Below, piece after piece: positions 41,569 to 51,407 of a stretch of 64,000 nt of DNA. The notes under the pieces are model-generated. The model worked only from the letters and a program-made list of their open reading frames with translations. It had not been told where the DNA came from and did no database searches. Positions within the stretch are counted from its first letter, which is position 1. Each line of letters starts with the position of its first letter. The position numbers and the translations under genes were made by a program. This stretch comes from Terriglobia bacterium. GTDB taxonomy: Bacteria > Acidobacteriota > Terriglobia > 20CM-2-55-15. Where the stretch lies: contig CBDAOY010000006.1 of NCBI GenBank assembly GCA_965198225.1, forward strand, positions 576,001 to 640,000. Reading direction: 5' to 3'.

Positions 41569-41737
41569 GCGGCTCCTTCTCGTGTCGATCGGTCGCTCGG
41601 AAGAGGGGCTTGTCGACGAGATGCACTTTTCCGTATCGTCGACTTGAACGAAGCCGCTGGCGCGGCGGACGCTACGCGTGTGCTGAGCGAAGAGTGATGA
41701 GCCCCCGATAGAGTGTGAGCCTCACAAGGAGGCTCAC

Positions 41738-42628
41738 ATGACGAAGCTGCGACAACGGATGCTGGAGGAACTCCAGCGCCGGAACTACTCACCCGCTACG
41801 ATTCGGCTGTATCTTCACGCGGTCGAAGACTTCGCCCGCTACTTCGGGAAGTCCCCCGACAAGCTCGAACAGGAACAGATGCGGCAGTACCAGCTGCATC
41901 TGCTTCAGGAGCGCAAGCTCGCTGTCGACACCATCATCGGACGGATCGCCGCACTCCGGTTCTTCTACGTGAAGGTGCTTCGCCGTCCCTATCACCAGGT
42001 CGATCTGGTCTATCCGAAACAGCCGTCCCGGTTGCCCACGATTCTGAGCGAAGAGGAAGTGGCGCAACTGCTGGCCTCCGCCAACAGTGCCTATCACTTC
42101 GTCATCCTGATGACCTTGTATTCGACGGGACTGCGGCGGGCCGAGCTGTGTCGTCTGAAGGTCGAGGACGTCGATAGCGAACGCATGGTGATCCATGTGA
42201 GGCAGGGTAAAGGCAATCGCGACCGCGACGTGCCGCTGTCACCGAAACTGCTGGAAGTCCTGCGCGACTACTGGCGTTGGCGGAAACCCGGCGAGTACCT
42301 CTTCCCCAGTTTGCTCCGGACCCGGCCCGGACAGCCCATCGATGTGAAGACGGTTTGGTACGCCGTCCAACAAGCCGCCCAACGTGCCGGCATCAAAAAG
42401 AAAGTATCCCCACATACGCTGCGCCACAGCTGGGCCACCCACCTGCTGGAGAGGGGAACCGACCTGCGAACCATCCAGCTCCTGTTGGGTCATGTCGATC
42501 TGGAAGCGACGACCCTCTATCTCCATTTGTCTCAGGCGCACATGCAGCGCGTGGTGAACCCGATCGATTCTCTTCCGGTTCCCGATCTGGGACCGTCTCC
42601 CCGTCTGAGAAAGAAGAAAGGCGAATGA
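41738..42628 (+). CDS. Tyrosine recombinase/integrase with N-terminal SAM-like domain
   Basis: RNYSPATIRLY, TGLR (R), QGKG (K), HTLRHS (HxxR), LLGH, TTLY (catalytic Tyr); aggagg RBS. Confidence 0.95.
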   Translation: MTKLRQRMLEELQRRNYSPATIRLYLHAVEDFARYFGKSPDKLEQEQMRQYQLHLLQERKLAVDTIIGRIAALRFFYVKVLRRPYHQVDLVYPKQPSRLPTILSEEEVAQLLASANSAYHFVILMTLYSTGLRRAELCRLKVEDVDSERMVIHVRQGKGNRDRDVPLSPKLLEVLRDYWRWRKPGEYLFPSLLRTRPGQPIDVKTVWYAVQQAAQRAGIKKKVSPHTLRHSWATHLLERGTDLRTIQLLLGHVDLEATTLYLHLSQAHMQRVVNPIDSLPVPDLGPSPRLRKKKGE

Positions 42629-43794
42629 GCCGGCCCGCCGTCGAGGTGGCCGACATCGTCCGCGCCCGGGTTCGAGGTTTCCTCCAGCGTCACCGCCTCG
42701 GCATCCAGAAGCTCAAGGTCCTGCGCGCCATCCTGAACTGTCGTACTGCGGCTCTGGGTGGCCACATCGACCGGTGTGCCGATTGTGGCCGGGAGTCCGG
42801 AATCTCGTTCAACTCCTGCCGCAACCGCCACTGCCCGAAGTGTCAGACCCAGGCCCGACGACGGTGGCTCGAAGCACGAGAAGCCGAACTGCTGCCCACC
42901 CCCTACTTCCACGTCGTGTTCACCGTCCCGCACCAGTTCCATCCGTTCTTCTTCCACAACCCTGCCCTACTCTACAGCCTGCTGTTTCGCAGCGTGGCCG
43001 ACACGATGATCGAGGTGGCGGCCAATCCGAAACGACTCGGCGCCCGGATCGGCTTCTTCGGCATCCTGCATACCTGGAGTCAGAACCTGGAGTTCCATCC
43101 CCACATCCACTGCGTGGTACCGGCCGGCGGACTGGCTCCGGATCAGTCCCGTTGGATTCCGGGTTCTGGGCGCTTCTTCCTCCCCAAGCAGGTGCTCGCC
43201 CGAGTCTTCCGTGGCAAGTTCATCGACGGGCTCGGGCGAGCGATCGCCGACGGTTCGCTCGAACTGTCCGGCTCGATTCGACCCTTCGGCGAACCGCAAC
43301 ACTTTCGGCGGTTCCGCCGCCAGATCCATTCCCGCAACTGGGTCGTCTATATCAAACGACCCTTTGGTGGCCCCGAACAGGTGCTCCGCTACCTGGGCCG
43401 CTACACCCATCGGGTCGCCATCTCCAACCATCGATTGATCTCGTTTGACGGTAACCGGGTCCGGTTCCGTTGGCGGGATTACCGCAATGGCAACAAGAGT
43501 CGCATCATGACACTCGCGGCCGACGAGTTCATCCGACGGTTCTTATTGCACGTTCTGCCGAAGGGCTTCGTCCGCATCCGACACTTCGGATTCATGGCCA
43601 ACTACCGCCGGTCGGCCGCCTTCGCTCTCTGTCGCCAACTCCTCGATGCCATGCCGAGGGTCGAATCTGACGAAACCACCACCTCGAACTCTTCCTGGTC
43701 GTGTCCGCACTGTCAGGGACCGATGACTCTCATCCAACGCTTCACCGCTCTGCAACTCGTAGCGAGGCTCGCCTTCCAATGCGATACGTCCTAA
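42625..43794 (+). CDS. IS91-family rolling-circle (Y2/HUH) transposase
   Basis: Zn-binding CRT..LGGH..C..C..SCRNRHCPKC, YFHVVFT, HTW, HPHIH (HUH), YLGRY (YxxxY), RIRHFG; ATGA overlap with the integrase. Confidence 0.95.
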   Translation: MSRPAVEVADIVRARVRGFLQRHRLGIQKLKVLRAILNCRTAALGGHIDRCADCGRESGISFNSCRNRHCPKCQTQARRRWLEAREAELLPTPYFHVVFTVPHQFHPFFFHNPALLYSLLFRSVADTMIEVAANPKRLGARIGFFGILHTWSQNLEFHPHIHCVVPAGGLAPDQSRWIPGSGRFFLPKQVLARVFRGKFIDGLGRAIADGSLELSGSIRPFGEPQHFRRFRRQIHSRNWVVYIKRPFGGPEQVLRYLGRYTHRVAISNHRLISFDGNRVRFRWRDYRNGNKSRIMTLAADEFIRRFLLHVLPKGFVRIRHFGFMANYRRSAAFALCRQLLDAMPRVESDETTTSNSSWSCPHCQGPMTLIQRFTALQLVARLAFQCDTS

Positions 43795-44216
43795 TCCTCC
43801 TTCACAAACCGACGACCGACGTGCGGTTCAGCCACGTCCTCGCCGGAGTGTGCCTCCGCTGCAAAATCCCCTCAGATCCCGTCCTTTCAACCCACCGATT
43901 CCCCGACCCAACTGCTTTCCGATTCACACCATCGACGCGGTCATCGACCGCCGGTCCCCCTCCTCGCCCCAACGCCACTCCAGATCCGGCCCGCTTCCGG
44001 CTACTTTCTCCATAGCCCACCGCGTCCGCCGCATTCGGCCAGCGCCCTCCTTCAAGTCTTGTTATCGAAACTGCCGCGGTGGGAACTTCTCGCTCATCCT
44101 GTGGCCGCGCTCGCCGCGGCACTTCCGATGAACGCTAACGACTATACGCCCGAGTGACTGCCTGCATGCCGGCCAAGCCGGCTCCAGCCGCTTGTTATCC
44201 GCCGTCCTCCGTACCG

Positions 44217-44759
44217 CTACGACGATCTCCTCTGGAACCACCGCAACACCGCGTTGACCCTGGCGGCGGTTCGGCCCTCGACCTCGAGCACCTCGATACC
44301 GAGCCCGAGGGAATCCTCAATGAGGACCTCCCTCAGCACCTCGTCCACCAATTCTCTCGAGTGGTCCTGGAGCTCAGCAGACGCCAACCCTATGCGGTCG
44401 TACTCCTCGATGGGAACGAAGACTAAGAAATCGAGCGTCTGAAGAGCACGCTGCACTCGAGGGCGCCAATCCTCGATGGCAAAGGCTTCGGCCTCAGGAT
44501 GCACTGAAATGTAGCCGATAAGATCGAGTGGGCATCGGTCAAAAATTGCATTGGTGCGCCGCTCGCTGAGCAACTGGAGGGAAAGCGCCAGCTGCGCCTC
44601 GAAGTCTGCCAGCGCTGGCGGATGCGAGAACTCGTATCCGTCCTCAAGCATCAACTCATACGGTTCAGCGATCGCGGAATGGTCGGGCAAGTGCAAGCAG
44701 AGTTCCTCAACCAGGGTGGACTTTCCCGTACGGTGGGTGCCAGACACAGCAATGCGCAT
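44217..44759 (-). CDS. AAA-family P-loop NTPase (NadR/AAA_28-like)
   Basis: MRIAVSGTHRTGKST Walker A; IFDRCPLD. Confidence 0.85.
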   Translation of the reverse strand: MRIAVSGTHRTGKSTLVEELCLHLPDHSAIAEPYELMLEDGYEFSHPPALADFEAQLALSLQLLSERRTNAIFDRCPLDLIGYISVHPEAEAFAIEDWRPRVQRALQTLDFLVFVPIEEYDRIGLASAELQDHSRELVDEVLREVLIEDSLGLGIEVLEVEGRTAARVNAVLRWFQRRSS

Positions 44760-45047
44760 ACGGAGTGCAAGTGTATCGCTCTACGTTTCAATCCTGAGAG
44801 GAATCGGGCGAGAGCCGGCGCGATGTACTCTTGCAGGAATCCTCATCTCCGTGAAGGCGATCTACACGTCCATGTGGATTGAACACTCCGGCGAACTGAG
44901 ATGTCTGGTGGGGTGAGAAGGCTCGCACAGCGAGGGCCAGGGCCTTCGCACCTCAGCCCGATCGTGACTGCGGTCGGCCGTGGTGTTCATTGTCGAAACG
45001 AAAGATAGGATGATTCGGGTGTTTCGACACGTACTATTGTTGAGAAC

Positions 45048-45659
45048 ATGACTGGCCTCTTTGAATCTGAAGAAAACGTCCGTTTGGCAGGCCTGCTGTT
45101 CGGACTGTTCCTTTCCACGCTCTTCTCCTTCGTCGGCTACCTGGTGGCGTACCGGAAGCACTACAACTTGATATCCGGCTATAACCGCGCCCCGCAGGCG
45201 GTGAGGGATTGCTACGACATTGAAGGACTCTCGAAGCACTTGGGGGATGGGCTTATTACCCTCGCGGTCCTTCTGACGATTAGTTCAGTGCTGTTCTGGT
45301 TCGGCGTCGACGGCTGGATGACGGGCGTGATGGGGCTGTTCACCTTCGTCACGCTCATCATCCTGATCGGGACGCGCAAGTTCATGCCCGCCCGTCGAAT
45401 GCTGGCCGAGCGCTCCCCCTCGGATGCGAAACACGCCTTCCTATATTCGGTGATGCCCACCCGAGCGTACAGGGCCATGGAAGAGGGATCGCGCAAGTGG
45501 CAGCAGGAATGTCGGACCTGCGGACACGCACAGGACTACTGGGAGGCCGGAGGGGTTCGATACAAAGCGGTCGGGAAAAAATCTCAGATAGGTTTTTGCG
45601 AGCGGTGCGGGAAACTGCGATGGCACAGGATTCGGAAGAAACCGGCGTTCAGAACATGA
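45048..45659 (+). CDS. DUF3784-like membrane protein with C-terminal zinc ribbon
   Basis: LISGYN motif and three TM helices; CRTCGH...CERCG. Confidence 0.7.
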   Translation: MTGLFESEENVRLAGLLFGLFLSTLFSFVGYLVAYRKHYNLISGYNRAPQAVRDCYDIEGLSKHLGDGLITLAVLLTISSVLFWFGVDGWMTGVMGLFTFVTLIILIGTRKFMPARRMLAERSPSDAKHAFLYSVMPTRAYRAMEEGSRKWQQECRTCGHAQDYWEAGGVRYKAVGKKSQIGFCERCGKLRWHRIRKKPAFRT

Positions 45660-45783
45660 ATGGCCTACTTCAGTAGATCTTACATCGCTCACGCTGAGCT
45701 GGCAGTTGGCTGCTCATGGCTGCCTCGGACATCCACGGAGGAGTGATGGCACCAGGCGGACCCTCTTGTTGCAAATCGACGAA

Positions 45784-47133
45784 TTATTCGAGTCGAGCCA
45801 GCACAGGTGATGGCATGGTGCGAGCCTTGAATCTGTTCATTAGAAAAAGGTAGGACGGGAACGTGACAATCAGGCCGACCATCCATGAATAGTTGAGGAA
45901 TATGAGGGCGACACCTGCGCCCACGAACATGCTGATGAAAGCGATGGGATTGAAGCCGGCTCGGAACCAGAACGGGCTCTTTGTGGAGGTATCGAACAGC
46001 CCTTCGACGTCTACCTTCCGACGATTGAGCACCCAGTAGTCGGCCAGCATGATTGCGAGAATGGGTCCCAGGAAAGCGGAATAGAGGATGATGAAAAACT
46101 GAAAGTTCCCGCTGTCCAGCAACATCCATGGGAACGTCAGGCTGGCGGCCGCTCCCACAACAATGACGGCGGCGCCCCAACTCATTCCGGTGAGATCCAT
46201 CAGGACAAGCGCGGGTGGCAAAATGTTGATCGTAAGATTCGTCGTTATCTGAGCCATGGTGACGAAGAACAACAGCACAATGCTGAGCACAAGACCCGGA
46301 GACATGTCCATGAGCGCATCGATTGGATTCCAGGTACCGACGCTCGATGCTGCCATGATTCCGAAAACCGTCATGGCAATCAGCGGTGGATTAATGCCGA
46401 TGGCATGGCCAACCCAGTTTGTGGATGGCCGATTCTCGACATACCGGGTCAGGTCCGAGATGCTGATCATCTCGGTCGACACGATTCCCACGGCGGTGTT
46501 CAATGCAAACAGAAAAGGCAAGCCCCACGATCCTGGAAAGTTCCACGACTGCTCGATTTGCACGCCGTGGACCCCGAACAGCCGGGACATCATCCAGCCC
46601 ATGATGGCGAAGATCACGATCGCCATGGATGACTCGACCCATTTGATTGTCTGAATCCCGAAATACGCCAGTCCCGTCTGAAAAATCTGAAAGAGCAGGA
46701 AATAGACGGGCACACTTCCGAAACCGAATAGCTGCTGCGTAATGCTAGCGACCGCCATCGCGCCAATCCAGCTTCCGATGCCGTACCAGGCGATCGCCGG
46801 TATCGCGCGGATCGCCGCCGGAATTTTAGCGCCCCGAAGCCCAAAGCTCGACCTCAACTGAACTGCATAGGCCAGTCCGTGCCGTTGACCGAACATTCCG
46901 TTCAGGCTGAACACCAGGGTGACAATCAAGCCCGTCACCACAACAACCATGATGGCCTGCGCAATGTTCAATCCGCCGTGTGGCGGCAGAAAGGACTGGC
47001 CCAGGATAAACATCTGGATGGGTTTCAGCGAAGACCACCACAGAAAGGTATAAGTGGTCAGCGAGAAAATTCGTTCCTTGTCCGTGACCGGCAGAAAACT
47101 GGCACGCTTGCTGTCAGACTTGAGGAGGGCCAT
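45784..47133 (-). CDS. NCS1 family nucleobase/hydantoin:cation symporter
   Basis: LRSSFGLRGA, AIAWYGI, ISDLTRY, TTNLTIN, GPILAIMLADYW; about 12 TM helices. Confidence 0.9.
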   Translation of the reverse strand: MALLKSDSKRASFLPVTDKERIFSLTTYTFLWWSSLKPIQMFILGQSFLPPHGGLNIAQAIMVVVVTGLIVTLVFSLNGMFGQRHGLAYAVQLRSSFGLRGAKIPAAIRAIPAIAWYGIGSWIGAMAVASITQQLFGFGSVPVYFLLFQIFQTGLAYFGIQTIKWVESSMAIVIFAIMGWMMSRLFGVHGVQIEQSWNFPGSWGLPFLFALNTAVGIVSTEMISISDLTRYVENRPSTNWVGHAIGINPPLIAMTVFGIMAASSVGTWNPIDALMDMSPGLVLSIVLLFFVTMAQITTNLTINILPPALVLMDLTGMSWGAAVIVVGAAASLTFPWMLLDSGNFQFFIILYSAFLGPILAIMLADYWVLNRRKVDVEGLFDTSTKSPFWFRAGFNPIAFISMFVGAGVALIFLNYSWMVGLIVTFPSYLFLMNRFKARTMPSPVLARLE

Positions 47134-47202
47134 GGCCGACAGGATAACAAGAGCAGAAAGCCAAGGTCTAAAAAAGGATATCGCCTTCGGTCAGGAGTCG
47201 CG

Positions 47203-49878
47203 CTACTCGGTTCTCAGCGCGACTGCTGGGTCAACTCGAGTCCCCCTTCGGGCCGGCACGTACACCGCGAACAGCGCGGTGGCGGCAAGGAGGCCGGCAA
47301 CGGCAGCATACGTGAATGGATCTGCTGTCGACACGCCGAAGAGCAGTCCTTGCATGAGGCGAGTGAACGCCAGCGCCACCACCAGCCCGACTGCGAGTCC
47401 CAGACCAACAACATGGACTCCCTGGCCGATGACCATCGCGATCACGTCATGGCGCCTCGCTCCAAGGGCCATCCGTATCCCTATCTCTCGTGTTCGCTCA
47501 GCAACCCCGTAGGAGAAGACGCCATAGGTGCCGACGAGGGCAATCGCGATGGCCAGAACCGCAAAGAGCGACAGCAACAGGGTTGTAAACCGCGGTCGCG
47601 CAATCGAGTCTGAAAGTTTGGTTTCCATCGTCTCTAGTCGATAGATTGGCTGGTCCGGATCGATCGCGGCCACTTGCGACCGGACCGAGTTCACAAGGGA
47701 ATCGGGTGGCACCGATGCCCTGAGAACGATGGTCATGCCGCCGAACTGAAACTGCCGGGACGGTACTATGATTTCTGGCGTGTACTCCTGGCTGAAGCCG
47801 TAATGACGGACCGAACCGCTCACGCCGACGATTTGCCGTGATCGTCCGTAAAGTATGATGTGCTGCCCCAGGGGGTCCTCGTTCGGGAAAAACTCCTCGG
47901 CCATCGTCTCGTTGATCACCATCACGGACTGGGTGCCCGGTCCGTCAAACTCCGTGAAAGAGCGGCCACGGACAATGGGAATGCCCATGGTGCGAAAGTA
48001 CCCCACGGTCACGATACGGAGATTGGCCTGTCGTTCCTCGCCAGGCCGCGGACGAGGCTGTTCCTCGATCACAATAGGCAGATCGAAGTCGATGCCACCT
48101 TGATCCAGAGGCAGCGAACTGGCTGCCGCGGCGGCCTCGACTCCGGGCAGAGCTTCGATGCCGTCCAGGAGTTCCTCGAAAAACGACGCCTGTGGAGACA
48201 GCGGCGGTTCCTCGGCCGGACGTAAAGGCCGAAACTGGCCCCCGTCGGTGGGATAACGCGACTGGTCCAGAAAGATCTGTCCAGCCAGAAGGCCTTCTGG
48301 ACGGAAGCCGTAGTCCAATTCCTGTAGCTTCACAAAGCTTTGAAGCATCAAACCGGCACCCACCAGAACAACCAGTGAGAGACCGAGCTCAGCCACCACC
48401 ATGGCTGATCGACCCCGAAGTCGGCGACTCCCGGCGTAGCCCTGTGGGTCGAGCTTGATGGCACCCATAATGTCAGACCGCGAAGAACGAACAGCGGGTG
48501 TCAGGCCGAAAAGGAGTCCCGTCATGATCGACAAGAGAAGCGCGAACGCTAACATGGGTGAGTCGAGTTGGACCGTCTCGAGGCGGGGAATCGATTGGGG
48601 CCCTAATCGTACGGCTATTTCGATCAGGACCCACGCGAGTAGGACTCCGCATGCACCACCAAGAGCTGCGAGGACGAGGTTTTCAGTGAGCAGTTGCCGG
48701 ACGATTCGCATGCGGCTCGAACCCAAGGCGCTCCGTATCGCAATTTCCCTCGACCGGGCGGATGACCGTACCATGACGAGATTGGCGACGTTCGCGCAGG
48801 TAATCAAAAGAACGAAGCCTACTGCACCTGCCAGTGCCACGAGGCTCAATCGGACGTTCTCGATCATCTGTTCGTGGGCTGGCAGTACCGCCACTTCAGG
48901 GTTGCTGGTCGGCTCCTCTTCCGCGATGCGACTCGCGATGACGCCTAGCTGCTCGGCCGCCTCTTCGACCGACACATCGGGTCTGAGCTTTCCGATCACC
49001 AATAGCGTGTGGGAAAGTCGTGAGGTGAGCTCTTGAGGAGCGAGGGTCAACGGAGAGTACGTGTCGACGTTGGCGACGGTGGAAGGGAAATCGAATCCCG
49101 GCGGCATCACTCCGACCACTGTGGAGGCTCTATTGTCCAGTTCGATCGTGCTGCCGACGACCGCAAGGTCGGACTGGAAACGCCGACGCCAAAAGCGATG
49201 TCCCAGAACCACGACGGGCTCGTTTCGATCCAACTCCTGTCGGGTAAACGTCCGCCCGAAAAGCGGCTCGGCGCCAAGCACCCTAAAGAGGTTCGCCGTT
49301 GACGTGAGGGTCGTCAGCTGCTCTGCTTCACCGACTCCCGTAAGGGCAAAGCCTTCGGTGCGGTAGGCGGCCAAATTCTCGAACCGATCCGCTCCAGCGA
49401 CCCAGTCCTGGAGATTCCTCGGCGCCACCGGGTCACGATCCTTACCGGTCTGGCTGTTGCGCTCCCAAACTACGACAAGGCGTTCCGGATCGGTGTACGG
49501 CAAGGGTTTCAGCAGCACGTGGTTGACTATCGTGAATACGGCAGTATTCGATCCAATACCGATCGCCAGCGTCAAGATTGCGAGGACGGCATAGGCGCGG
49601 TTCCGGATCAAGAGTCGTCCGCCGCTTCGCAAGTCCTGGCAAAGATCGCCCACCCAATGAAGCGGCCTGGCCTCCCGCACCCACTCCTTCGTCTGTTCGA
49701 CACCCCCCATTCGGAGGCGGGCTTCCCGTTGTGCTTCTGCTCTGTTCCAGCCCTGCTGAACCAGGTCGTCGGCCTCCATCTCCAGATGGAGACGCACTTC
49801 CTCGGCCAGTTCCGACTCCACGTCTTGATTGCGGAACAAGATCCGCAGTCTGCGTGTCACTCGATCGAGCAATGGCAT
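47203..49878 (-). CDS. ADOP-type duplicated MacB/FtsX permease
   Basis: ELAEEVRLHLE prefix domain, LAIGIGSNTAVF, CANVANL, REIAIRSALG, RTREIGIRMALGA, DPAVALRTE. Confidence 0.92.
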   Translation of the reverse strand: MPLLDRVTRRLRILFRNQDVESELAEEVRLHLEMEADDLVQQGWNRAEAQREARLRMGGVEQTKEWVREARPLHWVGDLCQDLRSGGRLLIRNRAYAVLAILTLAIGIGSNTAVFTIVNHVLLKPLPYTDPERLVVVWERNSQTGKDRDPVAPRNLQDWVAGADRFENLAAYRTEGFALTGVGEAEQLTTLTSTANLFRVLGAEPLFGRTFTRQELDRNEPVVVLGHRFWRRRFQSDLAVVGSTIELDNRASTVVGVMPPGFDFPSTVANVDTYSPLTLAPQELTSRLSHTLLVIGKLRPDVSVEEAAEQLGVIASRIAEEEPTSNPEVAVLPAHEQMIENVRLSLVALAGAVGFVLLITCANVANLVMVRSSARSREIAIRSALGSSRMRIVRQLLTENLVLAALGGACGVLLAWVLIEIAVRLGPQSIPRLETVQLDSPMLAFALLLSIMTGLLFGLTPAVRSSRSDIMGAIKLDPQGYAGSRRLRGRSAMVVAELGLSLVVLVGAGLMLQSFVKLQELDYGFRPEGLLAGQIFLDQSRYPTDGGQFRPLRPAEEPPLSPQASFFEELLDGIEALPGVEAAAAASSLPLDQGGIDFDLPIVIEEQPRPRPGEERQANLRIVTVGYFRTMGIPIVRGRSFTEFDGPGTQSVMVINETMAEEFFPNEDPLGQHIILYGRSRQIVGVSGSVRHYGFSQEYTPEIIVPSRQFQFGGMTIVLRASVPPDSLVNSVRSQVAAIDPDQPIYRLETMETKLSDSIARPRFTTLLLSLFAVLAIAIALVGTYGVFSYGVAERTREIGIRMALGARRHDVIAMVIGQGVHVVGLGLAVGLVVALAFTRLMQGLLFGVSTADPFTYAAVAGLLAATALFAVYVPARRGTRVDPAVALRTE

Positions 49879-49907
49879 CAACGTGCTCCTGTCATCACTT
49901 TCTTCGC

Positions 49908-50240
49908 TCAGCCAGCCTGCAGTGTATGACCGACCGCTGCTGAAAACAGCCGCCATCGCTCTCGTTCGTCGGCGAACTGCTTGCGGCCCACCTTCGTCAG
50001 TCGATAGAACTTGGCCCGACGCCCTTCATCAGAAGTCCCCCAGTTGGCGCATACGAATCCGCGGTCCTCCAAACGGTGCAGCGCCGGATACAAGGAGCCT
50101 TGGTTTACCTCGAGGACGTCCCTGGACATGTCGCGAATCCGCTTCGAAATGCCCCATCCGTGGAGGGGGCCCAGGGTTAGTGCTTTCAGGATCAGGAGGT
50201 CGAGCGTGCCTTGGAGCAAATCCGCCTTGGGTCTGGGCAT
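49908..50240 (-). CDS. PadR-family transcriptional regulator (acidobacterial type)
   Basis: LLQGTLDLLILKAL, HGWGI, GSLYPALHRLE, RRAKFYRLT; directly upstream of the ADOP permease. Confidence 0.95.
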   Translation of the reverse strand: MPRPKADLLQGTLDLLILKALTLGPLHGWGISKRIRDMSRDVLEVNQGSLYPALHRLEDRGFVCANWGTSDEGRRAKFYRLTKVGRKQFADERERWRLFSAAVGHTLQAG

Positions 50241-50263
50241 GGTGTGTCCCCGTTCCGTGTCTG

Positions 50264-50327
50264 TGTTGTCGATTATTAATGCCTTGCCATTCGACAACAT
50301 AATAGACCCGAGTATCGATTGAGTCAA
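50264..50327 (-). promoter_or_regulatory. Sigma70 promoter and candidate PadR operator
   Basis: TTGACT-N17-TATTAT (50327-50299); 9-bp inverted repeat tgttgtcga-N18-tcgacaaca (50264-50299). Confidence 0.7.
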
Positions 50328-50584
50328 AGGACACAAGTAGCGGGAATCAAGAAAACGGGTCTTCCCTTCGCGATGGACGATTGGATGCTAAAGCCGCAAC
50401 TGGATTCTGCCGCATCGAATTGAAGGCATCGTTTGCGATCCAGAAGTCGCCATCTGGGAAGTCGAGACCAGATCGGTAAACGCTTCGGCGTTTTGTCGCG
50501 GGTAATCCGAGAGTCGAATGGAGCTTTGAGCTTGACCTTGTACCAGCCGAAGCGTAGCGTCGAAGAAGCGGATTCACGTCGGAC

Positions 50585-50683
50585 TCCTGTGTTGGAGCCT
50601 CGTGTCCCTTCTTGGAAAGTAGTTGGTTTCCCGCTGCCAACCCCTCTCTTTCCCGCAAGGTTCTCGAAGGTCCCTACAGACAA
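50585..50683 (+). promoter_or_regulatory. Conserved 5' leader of RRM gene 1 (candidate cis-regulatory RNA)
   Basis: Shares the blocks GGAAAGTAG, TGCCxACCC, CTTTCCCGCAA, TCTCGAAG and CTACAGACAA with the leader of RRM gene 2. Confidence 0.6.
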
Positions 50684-50704
50684 CGCCATCTTGGGGGACT
50701 GTCT

Positions 50705-51001
50705 GTGACTACGAGACTCTACGTCGGAAACCTGTCGCCCGAAACGACTCCAGACGATTTGAACAGCCCATTCGGACAGGTGTCCAGAGTGGTCCCCATC
50801 GACGTCGTAGCTCGGCCGGGCACCGGCCCTTCCCGCGGGTTTGCCTTCGTGGAGATCGACGCAACAAGCCCTGGGGACGTGATCTCCAAACTGAACATCA
50901 CCGAACTTGACGGGCGACGACTGAGGGTCAGGACACAACCCAGGTCTTCTACAGTAGTCGTCCGGGACACCCCTCGACGTGGCCAGGCACATGAACAGTA
51001 A
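50705..51001 (+). CDS. RRM-domain RNA-binding protein (divergent)
   Basis: RNP2 LYVGNL, RNP1 RGFAFVEI, LDGRRLRV. Confidence 0.8.
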   Translation: MTTRLYVGNLSPETTPDDLNSPFGQVSRVVPIDVVARPGTGPSRGFAFVEIDATSPGDVISKLNITELDGRRLRVRTQPRSSTVVVRDTPRRGQAHEQ

Positions 51002-51293
51002 GGGCACCGTGCGCTACGTGGGATACGGGGTGTTACCGGACGGTGGACGGGGATTCAATTTTTCATTTGAGGAGACGGGGACATCGGCGACGTTTATCAC
51101 GGTCGAAGCGCCCATGTCGCTCTTCACTGGAACCGATCGTCTCGCCATCCAGGAAGGTGCCCCCATCTGCTATGAAACTTTGAAGTGGCGAGTCGAAAAC
51201 GACTCCGGGAGGTTGCCTTCCCGGCTCACCCTGACGTCTGCTGACGTCGCTCAACACCGAAAGATCACGAAACCGTATGGCCGCAAGCGTTGA
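50991..51293 (+). CDS. Small hypothetical protein, paralog of 55741-56066
   Basis: Overlaps the RRM stop; shared motifs RYVG, FxGxDR, QExxxICY, LTxxD. Confidence 0.7.
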   Translation: MNSKGTVRYVGYGVLPDGGRGFNFSFEETGTSATFITVEAPMSLFTGTDRLAIQEGAPICYETLKWRVENDSGRLPSRLTLTSADVAQHRKITKPYGRKR

Positions 51294-51407
51294 GGTCGGC
51301 TTTCCAGGCATCGGTGGTGAGAAACGAGCGTCTCCCTGTCTCCTGGCGAGCCCGCAGCGTGAGGCAACTACAGCGAGCGGCCTCGCCCTGCCTGCCTGGC
51401 TAAGCTT

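Larger units (their letters stand above)
41641..44147 (+). mobile_element. Tyrosine recombinase + IS91-family transposase element (ends approximate)
   Basis: Coupled two-gene module flanked by imperfect inverted repeats 41641-41660 / 44039-44058 (17/20) and a distal hairpin at 44064-44129. Confidence 0.8.

Noticed and set aside
13942-41636. Shared 13-mer cacttttccgtat near 13942 and 41624
   Set aside because: An isolated 13-bp match is expected by chance in 64 kb and has no flanking similarity.
42277-42624. N-terminal extension of the IS91 transposase
   Set aside because: Overlaps the integrase in another frame; the ATGA overlap at 42625 is the likely start.
41738-42628. Classical integron integrase with attC cassettes
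   Set aside because: The protein is short and appears to lack the IntI-specific insertion, it is coupled to an IS91 transposase, and no RYYYAAC...GTTRRRY attC sites were recognised.
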